From the NCBI GenBank assembly GCA_036507075.1, contig DASXQR010000048.1, forward strand, positions 13,697-77,696: DNA of 64,000 nt, in the 5' to 3' direction. Positions 1 through 10,335 of the stretch are shown here, piece after piece. The stretch's first letter is position 1, and each line of letters begins with the position of its first letter. Both the position numbers and the translations under genes were made by a program. Below the pieces are notes generated by a model. It did not search any database. It was not told where the DNA came from and saw only the letters and a program-made list of their open reading frames with translations. Source of the stretch: Acidobacteriota bacterium. Its GTDB lineage: Bacteria; Acidobacteriota; UBA6911; JACQSX01.

Positions 1-247
1 CCGATTCCGTTTCAAGCAGATGCCGGTACATCGCCTCGATAACAGGCCGGGGAGAAAGCCCCAGAGTTCCATTGTTCAAATAAGCGACGTCGTCCGGCAC
101 CAGGAACTCCCCCCGGATCTTTTTCCAGTAGTCGTCGGTAGAAGGCTCTGCCACCCATTCCGTCCAGGCTGACTTTTTACCCGGGGCCGGCAGCATTCGC
201 GCCAGTGCGAAAAGTGAAATCTCGGATGTAAAGCTTCTACGATCCAT
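1..247 (-). CDS. Class V PLP-dependent aminotransferase (isopenicillin-N epimerase/cysteine desulfurase-like), N-terminal part; runs off the window
   Basis: Manual translation from ATG at 247: MDRRSFTSEISLFALARMLP...DDYWKKIRGEFLVPDDVAYLNNGTLGLSPRPV. The YLNNGTLG.SP motif is typical of class V, and the N-terminus is Tat-like (RRSF). Not in the ORF track. Confidence 0.8.
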   Translation of the reverse strand, partial: MDRRSFTSEISLFALARMLPAPGKKSAWTEWVAEPSTDDYWKKIRGEFLVPDDVAYLNNGTLGLSPRPVIEAMYRHLLETES

Positions 248-327
248 ACATTTCTGCGGAACTGTTTTGCAGGTTTGAGTAAAGTCTACCGTCTCCACAC
301 CGCCTTTTCAAGCAAACGCCGACAATA

Positions 328-449
328 GCCACGAAGCCACGAAGGCACGAAGGGGACCATGCGGCCCGCACTGACACTTCTTGTTAATGTTTGAAATGTT
401 GCCGTAATGCCGTTTCAAACAGACCGTCAAATCTTCGTGTCTTCGTGGC
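328..449. repeat. Inverted pair of 8-bp arrays (CACGAAGN)
   Basis: gccacgaagccacgaaggcacgaag at ~328-352 and its reverse complement tcttcgtgtcttcgtggc at ~432-449. Confidence 0.7.
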
Positions 450-471
450 AAGTACCGAGGAGCCGCACGGA

Positions 472-1863
472 TCACTTTAGTTCCAAGACGCTCACTTTTC
501 CCAGTTCCTCAAGCTGTTTCTGGACATCTGGCGGACCGACGGCCAAAATAATCAGCTTGTCTGGGTGCAGATATTTTTGCGCTACGCGCTCCACATCAGC
601 AATCGTAACGGCCGCTACGCGATCGCGATACTGGTACAGGAAGTCTTCAGGCAATCCGAAGTAGCGGTACTGCATCTGTCGAATTACGATCTGTCGCGGG
701 CTGTCGAATGAGAAAACGAATGAATTGATTTCTTCATCCTTGGCGCGCTGCAGTTCCGACGGATCAATCTTGCCGGTTTTGAGACGCTGCAGCTCCGAGA
801 TGATGGTTTTGACCGTCCTGGCTGTAGAAGGCGCGGCGGTTTCAGCCGAGACGGTGAACGCTCCCAAGTCACGCATCCCTCCCTGAAATGAACTTCCCAC
901 ATGGTAGGCCAGACCCATCTGTGTGCGCACCGTCTGCGTCAGCCTTGAGGAAAAACCGCTCCCCAGGATTGTATCCATCACGCTTAAAGCAAAGAAATCA
1001 GGGTTGCTGATCCTGGTTCCAAAGTGCCCGATGCGGATGTTGGTCTGGCTGACGTTCTTTGGAACGTAGAATATACCGGCCGTGTATTCGCCGCTTGCGG
1101 TCGCCACTTGTGGCAGCGCAGCCGGCCGGGCGACCCATTTTCCAAACAGGCTTTCCAGCCTCACGATCAATTGTTCTTTTTTGAAGTCTCCGGCAAATCC
1201 AACCAGGATGTTGGCGGGAGCGTAAAACTTCTCGTAAAATCCGCGCACGTCGGCAACAGTAATGGACGCTACCTGGCTCTCTTTGGGAAAACGGGCAAGC
1301 GGATGGTCTTTCCCATAAAGAGCAATTAAGTATTCCCGGGAGACTATCTCGCCCGGTTCATCGTTTCGGCGGATCAAAGCTTCGATGAATTGCTTTTTAA
1401 TCAGCTCCAGCTGTTTATCGTCAAAGCGGGGACGCTGTATCACGTCGGCCATCAACTGCAAACCGGTGTCGGCATCCTTGGAAAGAACCGACATTGATAC
1501 CCTTCCGCTCTCCTCGCTGATGTTCGACTCTACAGACGCGGCTATGAATTCCAGCGCTTCGTTGAGCTCTTCCGGAGTCTTGGAGATTGTGCCTCCTGTG
1601 CGAAGCAGTTCGCCGGTAACTTCCGCCAGTCCCAGTTTGTCGGACGGATCATAAATAGAACCAGTACGCACCAGCGCATAGCCGTCCACAATGGGAACCT
1701 CATGGTCTTCCAGCAGGAATACCTCAATTCCGTTGGAGAGCTTCACCTTGTCCGTTTTGGGAGGATTGAACTTCAGTTCAGGAAATTTTAATTGAGGCAG
1801 TTGGGCGCTTGCGTGGATTATGCAAAAAGCGCCGAGCAACAGGATTGGCAGTAGTCGTTTCAC
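472..1863 (-). CDS. M16 (pitrilysin/insulinase) family peptidase, non-catalytic subunit
   Basis: 463 aa; signal peptide; LSNGIEVFLLEDHEVP, GSIYDP..K.GLA and GFSSRL...VR...GLAY; no HXXEH. Confidence 0.9.
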   Translation of the reverse strand: MKRLLPILLLGAFCIIHASAQLPQLKFPELKFNPPKTDKVKLSNGIEVFLLEDHEVPIVDGYALVRTGSIYDPSDKLGLAEVTGELLRTGGTISKTPEELNEALEFIAASVESNISEESGRVSMSVLSKDADTGLQLMADVIQRPRFDDKQLELIKKQFIEALIRRNDEPGEIVSREYLIALYGKDHPLARFPKESQVASITVADVRGFYEKFYAPANILVGFAGDFKKEQLIVRLESLFGKWVARPAALPQVATASGEYTAGIFYVPKNVSQTNIRIGHFGTRISNPDFFALSVMDTILGSGFSSRLTQTVRTQMGLAYHVGSSFQGGMRDLGAFTVSAETAAPSTARTVKTIISELQRLKTGKIDPSELQRAKDEEINSFVFSFDSPRQIVIRQMQYRYFGLPEDFLYQYRDRVAAVTIADVERVAQKYLHPDKLIILAVGPPDVQKQLEELGKVSVLELK

Positions 1864-1883
1864 AAAGGAACTCCTTGAACATT

Positions 1884-1962
1884 TCGGGAGCGGAGAGACG
1901 GCCTGAGGGCCGTCTCAGCTTGGCGCACACCGCAAAGAGACGGCCCTCAGGCCGTCTCTCCG
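1884..1962. repeat. REP doublet (REPIN-like) of GAGACGGCC-TGAG-GGCCGTCTC
   Basis: Palindromic units at 1895-1916 and 1937-1958 in opposite orientation; same unit at 32611, 32654, 52299, 52343, 57592. Confidence 0.85.
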
Positions 1963-1998
1963 TCAGCGCGCCCCCTTCGGGGCGCCTACTTGAACGGC

Positions 1999-3534
1999 TC
2001 ACTTTCCGGACGGTTTCTGAGCCGCCGAGTCCGCCGACCGCTTTTCAACAATGTAAGCCAGCGTCCGGTTGGAGCGTGTAAAGTACCGGGACGCGACTCG
2101 CTGTATATCCGGCGCCGTAATCTTTGAAACTTTGTCCTTGTACTCGATCAGATATTTCCAGTCGCCGCTGATGCCTTCCGCCTGGGTCAAGGCGGCGGCC
2201 ATCGTGGTATTGGACCGCAGGCGTCGGATGAAGGCAGCGTCAATCTGATTGATGTTTTTCTGCAGTTCCCGCTCGCTCACCGGCTCCTTTTTGAGCCGGT
2301 CCAGCTCGCCCTCAAGTGCTGCGGCGACTTCCTGAACGGTGTGGCCGGCGATGGGAACCGCCGCAAGCGTGAATATAGTGGAATATTTGCCGTACGTGAG
2401 CGGCAGCGTTCCCCAGGCTATTACTTCAGCGGCAAGCTGCTTGTCCTGCACGATGTTCTTGTACAGCCTCGAAGTTCGTCCGTTGGAAAGCAGGTTGGTA
2501 ATGACATCGAAAACAACGTCGTCAGCATGGTTGGCACTGGGTCGATGGAAGCCCATCATCACGAACGGCTGCGATTCGAATTCCACCTTCACTTCTTTTT
2601 CGCCGCCCTGTTCCAGCTCCAGTGTATGGATGGGGGCGGGTGCCGGGGCGGAAGGAAGCGGCGCAAAATAACGGTCCAGCATCGGAGTGAGCGCGGAGGT
2701 GTTGAAGTCGCCTACGATGGCGATAATGGCATTGGCCGGGACGTAATACTTCCTGTAGAACTCCTGTGTTTCACCCCGGGTAATATGCTGCAGGTCGGAT
2801 GGCCAGCCGACCCCCGCGTGAAGACCGTAGGGATGAGACTCAAAGGCATTGACCACGAATTTCTCGAACAGCTTCCCGAAAGGCGAGTCGTCGGTTCGCA
2901 TGCGGCGCTCTTCCTGAACCACGCTCCGTTCCTTGTAAAACTGGCGCAGCACGGTATTGACCATGCGGTCCGATTCCAGCACCGCCCAGAGTTCGAGCTT
3001 GTTGGCGGGAAGACTGATGTAGTACTCGGTCGCGTCCCGCCCGGTCTCCGCGTTCAGACCTACGCCTCCGTTGCGTTCCAGCAGCTCTGAGAACTGGTTG
3101 TCGTTAATAAACTTATTCTGCTGATTCTCCAGTTCTTCCATTTTCTTTTCCAGGGCCGCCACTTTTTCGCGATCCGCTTTTTCACCCTTGTCCAGCTCAG
3201 CGGCCATTTCCGCGGCGACCTGATCCTGCTGCTTCATCAGCGGGGCTTCCGCTTTAACATCTTTGGTGCCGATTTTCGAAGTGCCCTTGAAGGCCATGTG
3301 CTCGTACAGGTGAGCAATACCCGTCTGTCCGACCTGCTCGTCGACCGATCCGACGTTGAAAAACACATGAAAGGAAATAGTGGGACTGGTGTGGCGCTCC
3401 AGCAGCAGGAAGCGCAGACCGTTTTTCAACGTGTGACGTGTAACCCGCTTCTCCAGGTTTCCAATTCCCTGTCCATAGGCAACAGAGATGAGCAGAATCG
3501 CGGCGAAGAAAAAAAGGATGGATCTTCGTCTCAT
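1999..3534 (-). CDS. M16 family zinc metallopeptidase, catalytic subunit
   Basis: 511 aa; signal peptide; GIAHLYEHMAFKG (inverted HXXEH); LNAET..D.T.Y. Confidence 0.92.
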   Translation of the reverse strand: MRRRSILFFFAAILLISVAYGQGIGNLEKRVTRHTLKNGLRFLLLERHTSPTISFHVFFNVGSVDEQVGQTGIAHLYEHMAFKGTSKIGTKDVKAEAPLMKQQDQVAAEMAAELDKGEKADREKVAALEKKMEELENQQNKFINDNQFSELLERNGGVGLNAETGRDATEYYISLPANKLELWAVLESDRMVNTVLRQFYKERSVVQEERRMRTDDSPFGKLFEKFVVNAFESHPYGLHAGVGWPSDLQHITRGETQEFYRKYYVPANAIIAIVGDFNTSALTPMLDRYFAPLPSAPAPAPIHTLELEQGGEKEVKVEFESQPFVMMGFHRPSANHADDVVFDVITNLLSNGRTSRLYKNIVQDKQLAAEVIAWGTLPLTYGKYSTIFTLAAVPIAGHTVQEVAAALEGELDRLKKEPVSERELQKNINQIDAAFIRRLRSNTTMAAALTQAEGISGDWKYLIEYKDKVSKITAPDIQRVASRYFTRSNRTLAYIVEKRSADSAAQKPSGK

Positions 3535-3632
3535 AAATTCCTCGGATTTGCGGGAAGAACGATAATATCAGAGACTTCGCGAGGGCTGTTAACCACAAAG
3601 ACACAGCGCGGCGGCAGGCCGCAGCCAAAAAA

Positions 3633-3968
3633 TCACAACTGCATTAAGATCCAGGCCGTAACGATTGTACCAGCCATCGCCGCACCATAGCACACCACGG
3701 CGAGAGGCTTTCTCAGCGTTGCTAACCCCATATCGGTCAGAGCAAAATAGAAGCGATGGGCCCAGTGGTACAGCGGCAGGGCGATGAGCACAAAAAGGTA
3801 GGCCTTGATCCACCAGTGCCGATAGAGCGACCCGCTGTCAGGGATCCAACCGAGAGGCACGGCGAAACCAAAAATGATCATGTGAATGGGCACCAGGAAG
3901 GCGGCTACCACGCCTCCGGCCGAAAAGAGCGTCCACCAAAGCGGTTCAGCGGTGTTTTTAGTAGCCAT
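3633..3968 (-). CDS. frdD: Fumarate reductase membrane anchor subunit D
   Basis: EPLWWTLFSAGG..AAFL.P motif; position after frdABC. Confidence 0.88.
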   Translation of the reverse strand: MATKNTAEPLWWTLFSAGGVVAAFLVPIHMIIFGFAVPLGWIPDSGSLYRHWWIKAYLFVLIALPLYHWAHRFYFALTDMGLATLRKPLAVVCYGAAMAGTIVTAWILMQL

Positions 3969-3971
3969 CTA

Positions 3972-4385
3972 TCAGCTCTGAAGCGCGCGGAAAAAAACGA
4001 AAATGATCAAGGATACCGCTATCCACGCGCCTATGTTCAGGGCGGTTACCAACCCCCGTGGAAGCTTACGTTCGCCTATCTGCAGTGGCAAGATGACCGC
4101 CGTGGAGTAAAACCAGGTCAAGCTGTGATACAGGGCAAACAAGAGGGCCACAAGGTGGAATGCGATCCACCCCGGCGAAGCAAGCTTCCGCGTAAAGGCA
4201 ACGTATGCCTCCAGGCCATGACTCAGTTGATAAATCTGGATCAGGAAGACGAGCAGGAAAACTGCGATGAACACGCTCGACAGCTCCCGCAGCATAAAGA
4301 AGAAATAACTGCGACGCCTCAACCACCAGGTTGCCGGCATCTTGGGATAATAGAGCTTGGACTTGTCGGGCCTTGTTCCGTTCAT
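3972..4385 (-). CDS. frdC: Fumarate reductase membrane anchor subunit C
   Basis: [10 protein letters not shown]....[12 protein letters not shown] and LYHSLTWF motifs. Confidence 0.88.
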   Translation of the reverse strand: MNGTRPDKSKLYYPKMPATWWLRRRSYFFFMLRELSSVFIAVFLLVFLIQIYQLSHGLEAYVAFTRKLASPGWIAFHLVALLFALYHSLTWFYSTAVILPLQIGERKLPRGLVTALNIGAWIAVSLIIFVFFRALQS

Positions 4386-5128
4386 CTCTGACCCCAGGGA
4401 AGCAGTACGGATTTGAACCAGTCGTTAACAGTGTTAACTTTGGTCCGCTGGATAGCGGCCGCCGGGTCAACATTCTTGGGGCATACCACACTGCATTCCC
4501 CGACGAACGTGCAGTGCCAGATTCCTTCGTGACCCCCCAACACGGGTTGGCGCAGTGCTTTTCCCTCATCGCGCGAGTCCATATTGTAGCGGTAGCCCAG
4601 GGCTATTGCCGCGGGACCCACAAACCCCGGCTCCAAGCCGTAGACGGGACAGGCCGCATAACAGAGCATGCAGTTGATGCACAGAGTAAATTGTTTGTAC
4701 GCTTCCAGTTCTTGGGGGGTCTGCAGATACTCGCCTTCCGATACCGGTTTGTCCGCCTTGCGAATGATCCATGGCTTAACGCTCTTCAGCTTATCCAGAA
4801 AGTCAGTCATGTCGATTACCAGATCCCGGATAACCGGGAAATTCGTCAGCGGTTCAACGCGAATCTCGCCCGGGTAATAATCGCGCAGGAACGCGGCGCA
4901 GGTCAGCTTGGGTACGCCGTTGACCATCATCCCGCAACTGCCACAGACCCCCATACGGCAGGACCAACGGTAAGTCAACGTGCCGTCAATCTGGTCCTTG
5001 ATGTAATTGAGCGCATCCAGAACCACCCAATCCTTTCGATAGGGAACAGAGTAGGTTTGTGTTCTCGGCGCGCTGTCCTGGCCCGGTTGGTAACGGGTGA
5101 CATTCAGCGTAACGGTTGGCTCGCTCAT
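4382..5128 (-). CDS. frdB: Fumarate reductase iron-sulfur subunit
   Basis: [19 protein letters not shown] (2Fe-2S), [12 protein letters not shown] (4Fe-4S), [12 protein letters not shown] (3Fe-4S). Confidence 0.93.
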   Translation of the reverse strand: MSEPTVTLNVTRYQPGQDSAPRTQTYSVPYRKDWVVLDALNYIKDQIDGTLTYRWSCRMGVCGSCGMMVNGVPKLTCAAFLRDYYPGEIRVEPLTNFPVIRDLVIDMTDFLDKLKSVKPWIIRKADKPVSEGEYLQTPQELEAYKQFTLCINCMLCYAACPVYGLEPGFVGPAAIALGYRYNMDSRDEGKALRQPVLGGHEGIWHCTFVGECSVVCPKNVDPAAAIQRTKVNTVNDWFKSVLLPWGQR

Positions 5129-5140
5129 CAATTTTCCCTT

Positions 5141-6871
5141 CTAATATTTCCGCTCTTCGGGCGCCCAGCGGGTGATCTTCACCGGTGAATACTGAATTTT
5201 CGGCCCCTGGGGCGTACGATATGCAAGCGAATGTTTGAGAAATTGCGCATCGTCCCGCTTGGGAAAGTCGGTGCGCGTATGCGAACCGCGTGACTCCTTA
5301 CGATGCAGCGCCGCATGGGCGACCGTCTCGGCCACGTCGAGCATGAAATCGAGCTCCAAGGCGGCTATCACCTCGGTATTGAATATATTGCCGCGGTCCT
5401 CGATCTTGATTTCCGCGAAGCGCCCGCGCAGGCCGCGGAGAGTATTACAAGTCTTCTGCATCTCCGTTTCGCTGCGGTAGATTCCGGCTCCCGCTTCCAT
5501 CGCTTCCTGCATCTGTTGGCGAATCGTGGCAATTCGTTCGCTCCCGCCCTCTTTCCTCAAAAAATTCCGCTCAAGGCGTCGCTGTTCATCGTTGGCCAGT
5601 GTCGAAACCGGGTTGGAGGAAGCAGGGGGCCGGGTCAGTCCATACTCGGCTGCGGCACGTCCGGCGCGGGCGCCGAAGACTAAACACTCGGTCAACGAGT
5701 TAGAGCCCAGCCGATTGGCGCCATTGATGGAGACGCAGGCTGTTTCCCCGGCGGCATAGAGTCCTTCAACAGATGTTTTGCCCGTCACGTCAGTGTCGAT
5801 CCCACCCATCATGTAGTGCGCCACCGGACGCACAGGTATGGGTTCGTAGACCGGATCGATTCCAACGTATTTGCGCGCAAGTTCCCGAACGAAAGGCAGT
5901 TTCTTGTCGATCAGCTCCTCTCCAAGATGGCGCAGGTCGAGCTGTACGTAGTGACCGTAGGGACCCTCGAATGTGCGCCCTTTTTGATATTCCTGCATGT
6001 GACAGCGCGAGAGGATATCGCGCGGACCGAGCTCCATCTTGCGGTGCACGGGAGTGTCGGTGGGAGGGCCGAGGCCGTAATCCTGGAGATACCGGTAGCC
6101 GTCTTTGTTCTTAAGCCAACCTCCTTCGCCGCGGGATGCCTCGGTGATGAGGATGCCGGTTCCCGGCAAGCCCGTTGGATGATACTGGACGAATTCCATG
6201 TCCTTGAGAGCAGCGCCGGCGCGGTAGGCCAGCGCCATCCCATCGCCGGTCTTGATGGCCGCGTTTGTAGTGAATGGAAAGATGCGACCCGCGCCGCCCG
6301 TGCAGAGAATTACGGCCTTGGCTGCGATCACTTCCACCTGCCCGCTGTAAAGGTTGATCACCGTCACCCCGCGAACCTTCCCTTCATCTACCAGCAGTGA
6401 CGTCGCAAATGACTCGTCGTAGCGCACAATACGGTCGTACTTGAGCGAGGTCTGGAACAGACTGTGAAGCATATGAAAACCAGTCTTGTCGGCGGCAAAG
6501 AGAGTGCGATCGACGCTCATACCGCCGAAAGACCGCACGCTCACGCGCCCGTCTGGTTCGCGGTTCCATGGACATCCCCAATGCTCAAGCTGGATCAGTT
6601 CTCCGGGAGCTTCTTTGATGAACAATTCCACGGCGTCTTGATCCGCCAGGAAGTCAGCCCCGAAGATGGTATCCTTGGCGTGGAGATCGAAGCTGTCGTT
6701 ATCGCGCAAGACCGCAGCCGAGCCGCCCTCAGCCGAAACCGTATGGCTCCGCATGGGATAAACCTTCGAGACGACCGCGATGGATAGTTTGCTGGATAAC
6801 TCCGCTGCAGCAATGGCGGCGCGCAGGCCGGCACCGCCTCCTCCGACGAGGATAATGTCGTGAGAGAACAT
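5141..6871 (-). CDS. frdA: Fumarate reductase flavoprotein subunit
   Basis: GGGGAGL FAD motif; [10 protein letters not shown] (covalent FAD His); [33 protein letters not shown]. Confidence 0.93.
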   Translation of the reverse strand: MFSHDIILVGGGGAGLRAAIAAAELSSKLSIAVVSKVYPMRSHTVSAEGGSAAVLRDNDSFDLHAKDTIFGADFLADQDAVELFIKEAPGELIQLEHWGCPWNREPDGRVSVRSFGGMSVDRTLFAADKTGFHMLHSLFQTSLKYDRIVRYDESFATSLLVDEGKVRGVTVINLYSGQVEVIAAKAVILCTGGAGRIFPFTTNAAIKTGDGMALAYRAGAALKDMEFVQYHPTGLPGTGILITEASRGEGGWLKNKDGYRYLQDYGLGPPTDTPVHRKMELGPRDILSRCHMQEYQKGRTFEGPYGHYVQLDLRHLGEELIDKKLPFVRELARKYVGIDPVYEPIPVRPVAHYMMGGIDTDVTGKTSVEGLYAAGETACVSINGANRLGSNSLTECLVFGARAGRAAAEYGLTRPPASSNPVSTLANDEQRRLERNFLRKEGGSERIATIRQQMQEAMEAGAGIYRSETEMQKTCNTLRGLRGRFAEIKIEDRGNIFNTEVIAALELDFMLDVAETVAHAALHRKESRGSHTRTDFPKRDDAQFLKHSLAYRTPQGPKIQYSPVKITRWAPEERKY

Positions 6872-7062
6872 CGGGGGCCTTTTAATGATGGAGAACCCGT
6901 GATGAACCAGCGGGTTTTCTTTTTATACGCTTGAAAATTTCAAACATCAAACCCAATTCCACGCGTGCATTCTATCCGCAACTGCCAAGACAATCGAAAT
7001 TAGAAATACAGAAAGTAAAGATAAGACGCGGGAATTCTGGTAACATGCGAGGTTTTTCAGAT

Positions 7063-7118
7063 TCACCACAGGGACACAGGGAACACAGGACCCGTGTCCC
7101 CTGTGTCTCTGTGGTGAA
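7063..7118. repeat. Inverted pair of 8/9-bp CACAGRGG arrays bounded by TTCACC...GGTGAA
   Basis: ttcaccacagggacacagggaacacagg ... ccgtgtcccctgtgtctctgtggtgaa. Confidence 0.75.
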
Positions 7119-7135
7119 AAAGCTGTTCCCCGAAT

Positions 7136-8293
7136 ATGAAGATCCACGAATATCAGGCCAAGAAGATCCTCAAGGAATTCGGGGTCAACGTTCCCAACAG
7201 CGCCGTCGCCTATAATGCGGATGAAGTATACGAAACCGCGCATCGCTTGGGGGACGTCGTGGCGATCAAGGCGCAGATCCATGCCGGCGGCCGGGGCAAG
7301 GGAGGCGGCGTCAAGATCGCAAAGTCTCCCGAAGAAGCGGAGCGCCTGGCGCGCGCCATGTTCGGCATGAAGCTGGTGACGTACCAGACCGGGCCGCAGG
7401 GGAAGGAAGTGCAGCGGGTCCTGGTTGAGGCCGGGCTGCGCATCAAGAAGGAGTACTACCTCGGAATCGTAATCGATCGATCTTCGCAGCGCGCGGTCTT
7501 CATGGCCAGCAGCGAAGGAGGAGTCGACATTGAGGAAGTAGCCGCCACAAAACCCGAAAAAATTCTGAAAGAGTTCATTGATCCCGCTGTTGGTTTTGCG
7601 GCGTTCCAGGCGCGCAAGCTCGCCTTTGGAATCGGGATCCCTGGCGACGCAATCAACAAGGCGGTCAAGTTGATGCTCGGCCTGTATCGGGCGTTCGAGC
7701 AGAAGGATGCCTCGCTGGCTGAAATCAATCCCCTGGTGTTGACCGAGGAAGGCGACGTTTACGCGCTGGACGCAAAAATGAACTTCGACGACAACGCCCT
7801 TTATCGACATCCGGAACTGCTCGAGCTGCGCGATTTCTCCGAGGAGGACCCGCTGGAGATTCGCGCGTCCCGCTTCGGATTGAATTACATCAAGCTGGAT
7901 GGAACCGTCGGTTGCATGGTCAACGGGGCCGGACTGGCGATGGCGACAATGGACATCATCAAGTATGCGGGAGGGAGCCCGGCTAACTTTCTCGATGTGG
8001 GCGGAGGAGCCAGTCAGGACCAGGTAAAGAATGCCTTCCAGATTCTGCTTTCCGATCCCAACGTGAAGGCGGTGCTGATCAACATCTTCGGCGGCATCAT
8101 GCGCTGCGATATCGTGGCCGGCGGAGTAGTAGAGGCCGTAAAGACGGTGGGTGTCAAAGTGCCTGTGGTGGTTCGCCTGGAAGGCACAAACGTCGAGCAG
8201 GGCCGCGAGATCCTGAAAAACTCCGGATTGAATTTCACGGTGGCCGCCGGGATGCGTGATGCTGCTGAGAAAGTTGTGAAGCTGGCGCGGTGA
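7136..8293 (+). CDS. sucC: Succinyl-CoA synthetase beta subunit
   Basis: [47 protein letters not shown]. Confidence 0.97.
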   Translation: MKIHEYQAKKILKEFGVNVPNSAVAYNADEVYETAHRLGDVVAIKAQIHAGGRGKGGGVKIAKSPEEAERLARAMFGMKLVTYQTGPQGKEVQRVLVEAGLRIKKEYYLGIVIDRSSQRAVFMASSEGGVDIEEVAATKPEKILKEFIDPAVGFAAFQARKLAFGIGIPGDAINKAVKLMLGLYRAFEQKDASLAEINPLVLTEEGDVYALDAKMNFDDNALYRHPELLELRDFSEEDPLEIRASRFGLNYIKLDGTVGCMVNGAGLAMATMDIIKYAGGSPANFLDVGGGASQDQVKNAFQILLSDPNVKAVLINIFGGIMRCDIVAGGVVEAVKTVGVKVPVVVRLEGTNVEQGREILKNSGLNFTVAAGMRDAAEKVVKLAR

Positions 8294-8298
8294 GAGCC

Positions 8299-8510
8299 GG
8301 AAGCGGAAAGCGGAAGGCAGGAGGCAGGAAGCAGGAAGCAGGAAGCAGGAAGCAGGACGCAGGAAGCAGGACGCAGGAAGCAGGAGGCAGGAGGCGGAAG
8401 GCGGGAAGCGGAAAGCAGCAGGAGAAGTGGAATGAGGCAGTTTCGCGCCTTCGCGCCTTCGCGGTGCTAATCACCAACTCGTGACTCGTAACCCGGTAAC
8501 CCGTAACCCG
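8299..8510. repeat. Composite short tandem arrays: ~17 x GGAAGCA-type heptamer, then TTCGCGCC 8-mer, then ACCCGTA/ACTCGTA heptamer
   Basis: Direct reading of the sucC-sucD spacer. Confidence 0.85.
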
Positions 8511-8538
8511 CCGCGCACGGCGGAACACTGGCAAAAGG

Positions 8539-9414
8539 ATGTCAATACTGGTAGATGAAAACACCCGATTGCTCGTCCAGGGAATTACCGGACGTGAGGG
8601 CGGCTTTCACGCGCGCCAGTGTGCCGCCTATGGCACAAAGGTGGTTGCCGGCGTGACCCCGGGAAAAGGGGGCCAGACGCACGAGAACATTCCCGTATTC
8701 AACACGGTTTCGGATGCAGCGCGCGAGACCGGCGCAGACGCCACCATGATTTTTGTGCCCCCGCCTTTCGCCGCCGATGCAATCATGGAAGCTGTCGATG
8801 CTGAAATTCCGCTGGTAGTGTGCATCACTGAAGGCATCCCGGTTTTCGACATGATTCGAGTACGCAAGTTCATGATCGGAAGAAAAAGCCGGCTTATCGG
8901 CCCCAATTGCCCCGGCGTAATCTCGCCGGGTAAATGCAAGATCGGCATCATGCCCGGCCACATTCACAAACCGGGGAATGTGGGCGTGATCAGCCGCAGC
9001 GGCACACTCACTTATGAGGCGGTCGATCAACTGACTCGCCTTGGAATCGGGCAGAGCACCTGCATTGGAATCGGCGGAGATCCGATCAATGGCACCAATT
9101 TCATCGATGCTCTGAGGCTCTTCCAGCAGGATCCGGACACTCGCGCGGTGGTGATAATCGGTGAAATCGGCGGATCTGCCGAAGAGGACGCCGCCGAGTT
9201 CATCCGCCGAGAGTTCAAAAAGCCGGTTGCAGGGTTCATCGCCGGACAAACTGCTCCTCCGGGAAGGCGCATGGGTCATGCCGGCGCCATCATCGCCGGC
9301 TCGCAGGGAACGGCAGAGGCAAAAATTGCTGCGCTGCGAAAGGCTGGAATTGAAGTTGTCGACAGTCCGGCCGAAATCGGCGCGGCCGTCCTTAAAATGA
9401 GTCGAAAGTCTTAA
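8539..9414 (+). CDS. sucD: Succinyl-CoA synthetase alpha subunit
   Basis: [36 protein letters not shown] (phospho-His). Confidence 0.97.
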   Translation: MSILVDENTRLLVQGITGREGGFHARQCAAYGTKVVAGVTPGKGGQTHENIPVFNTVSDAARETGADATMIFVPPPFAADAIMEAVDAEIPLVVCITEGIPVFDMIRVRKFMIGRKSRLIGPNCPGVISPGKCKIGIMPGHIHKPGNVGVISRSGTLTYEAVDQLTRLGIGQSTCIGIGGDPINGTNFIDALRLFQQDPDTRAVVIIGEIGGSAEEDAAEFIRREFKKPVAGFIAGQTAPPGRRMGHAGAIIAGSQGTAEAKIAALRKAGIEVVDSPAEIGAAVLKMSRKS

Positions 9415-9454
9415 AGTCTAAGGTCGAAGGTCTTAAAATCGAAATCCGGCTGCC

Positions 9455-9565
9455 ATCAGTACCGCGACCGTAAGAACGTGAGAAAAAATCAGTACCGCGA
9501 CCGTAAGGGAGCGGCGCAGCAGACTGGCACATATCGCCTCACGTTCTTGCGGTCGCGGTACTAAT
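9455..9565. repeat. REP-like inverted repeat, AGTACCGCGACCGTAAG(GGAGCGG) family
   Basis: 9455-9482 pairs with 9538-9565 (28 bp, 2 mismatches); extra direct copy at 9488-9517; relatives at 25351-25377 and 59025-59061. Confidence 0.75.
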
Positions 9566-9589
9566 GGCGCAGCAAGTAGAAGGATTACG

Positions 9590-10006
9590 ATGGAGCGCAC
9601 TTTAACTATTATTAAACCGGATGCCGTAAAGTCCGGAAACATCGGCAACGTTCTGGCAAGGCTCGAAAAGGAAGGATTTCGAATCCTCGGGATGAAATTC
9701 GTGCAGCTTACCCGCGAGAACGCCGAGGGTTTTTACGCCGTTCATCGGGAAAGGCCGTTCTTCTCCAGCCTGGTAAAGTTCATGACCGAGGGCCCCCTTC
9801 TGGTGGTAGCGCTGGAAAAACAGAATGCGATTGCCGACCTGCGGACGGCCATGGGGGCTACCGATCCGGCCAAGGCAGCGGCCGGAACGATCCGAAAGCA
9901 ATTTGCCGAAAATATTGAGCGCAATGCCATTCACGGCAGCGATTCGGCCCAGACCGCCGAGTATGAGATCGGATATTTCTTTAGTAAAATGGAGCTGTTG
10001 GACTGA
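9590..10006 (+). CDS. ndk: Nucleoside diphosphate kinase
   Basis: ERTLTIIKPDAV, MGATDP..A..GTIR, NAIHGSDS. Confidence 0.97.
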   Translation: MERTLTIIKPDAVKSGNIGNVLARLEKEGFRILGMKFVQLTRENAEGFYAVHRERPFFSSLVKFMTEGPLLVVALEKQNAIADLRTAMGATDPAKAAAGTIRKQFAENIERNAIHGSDSAQTAEYEIGYFFSKMELLD

Positions 10007-10116
10007 CTTTGGCCGCGGTGTTGCGGTTGACGAATTCTAAATCTTCAATTTGCCAATTGATGACTTGTCATAACTCGTAACGCGTTAACTCGTAACCCGC
10101 AAACTCGCAATTGCGT

Positions 10117-10332
10117 ATGCATCCGGGAAAGTTTTTGATGATTTCCGGCCTTGTTCTTCTGGTGATGGGCGCGCTCTGGTACTTTGCCGGGTCCGGCCCG
10201 CTCTCCAGAATGGGGCGATTGCCTGGAGACATTCATATTCAACGGGGTAACTGGAGTTTCTACTTCCCGATCGTCACCTGCATCCTGCTCAGCATCCTGC
10301 TTACGCTTTTGCTGAATCTGTTCCGTCGCTGA
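10117..10332 (+). CDS. Small membrane protein, DUF2905 family
   Basis: GRLPGDI.I...N..FYFPI.TCIL.S motif. Confidence 0.85.
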   Translation: MHPGKFLMISGLVLLVMGALWYFAGSGPLSRMGRLPGDIHIQRGNWSFYFPIVTCILLSILLTLLLNLFRR

Positions 10333-10335
10333 TCC

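Noticed and set aside
1895..1916. GAGACG/CGTCTC (BsmBI) sites as cloning scars
   Set aside because: They are the arms of a natural palindromic repeat present at four loci with diverged spacers.
6947..7810. Long antisense ORFs (6947-7810, 20783-21790, 26807-27988, 53237-54085, 60537-61517, 61723-62865)
   Set aside because: They are shadows of well-supported genes on the opposite strand in GC-rich DNA.
8235..8564. Low-complexity ORFs from repeat arrays (e.g. 8290-8484, 13731-14039, 15870-16097, 24389-24658, 29193-29492, 59812-60129, 63557-63865)
   Set aside because: They are translations of 6-9-bp arrays, not credible proteins.
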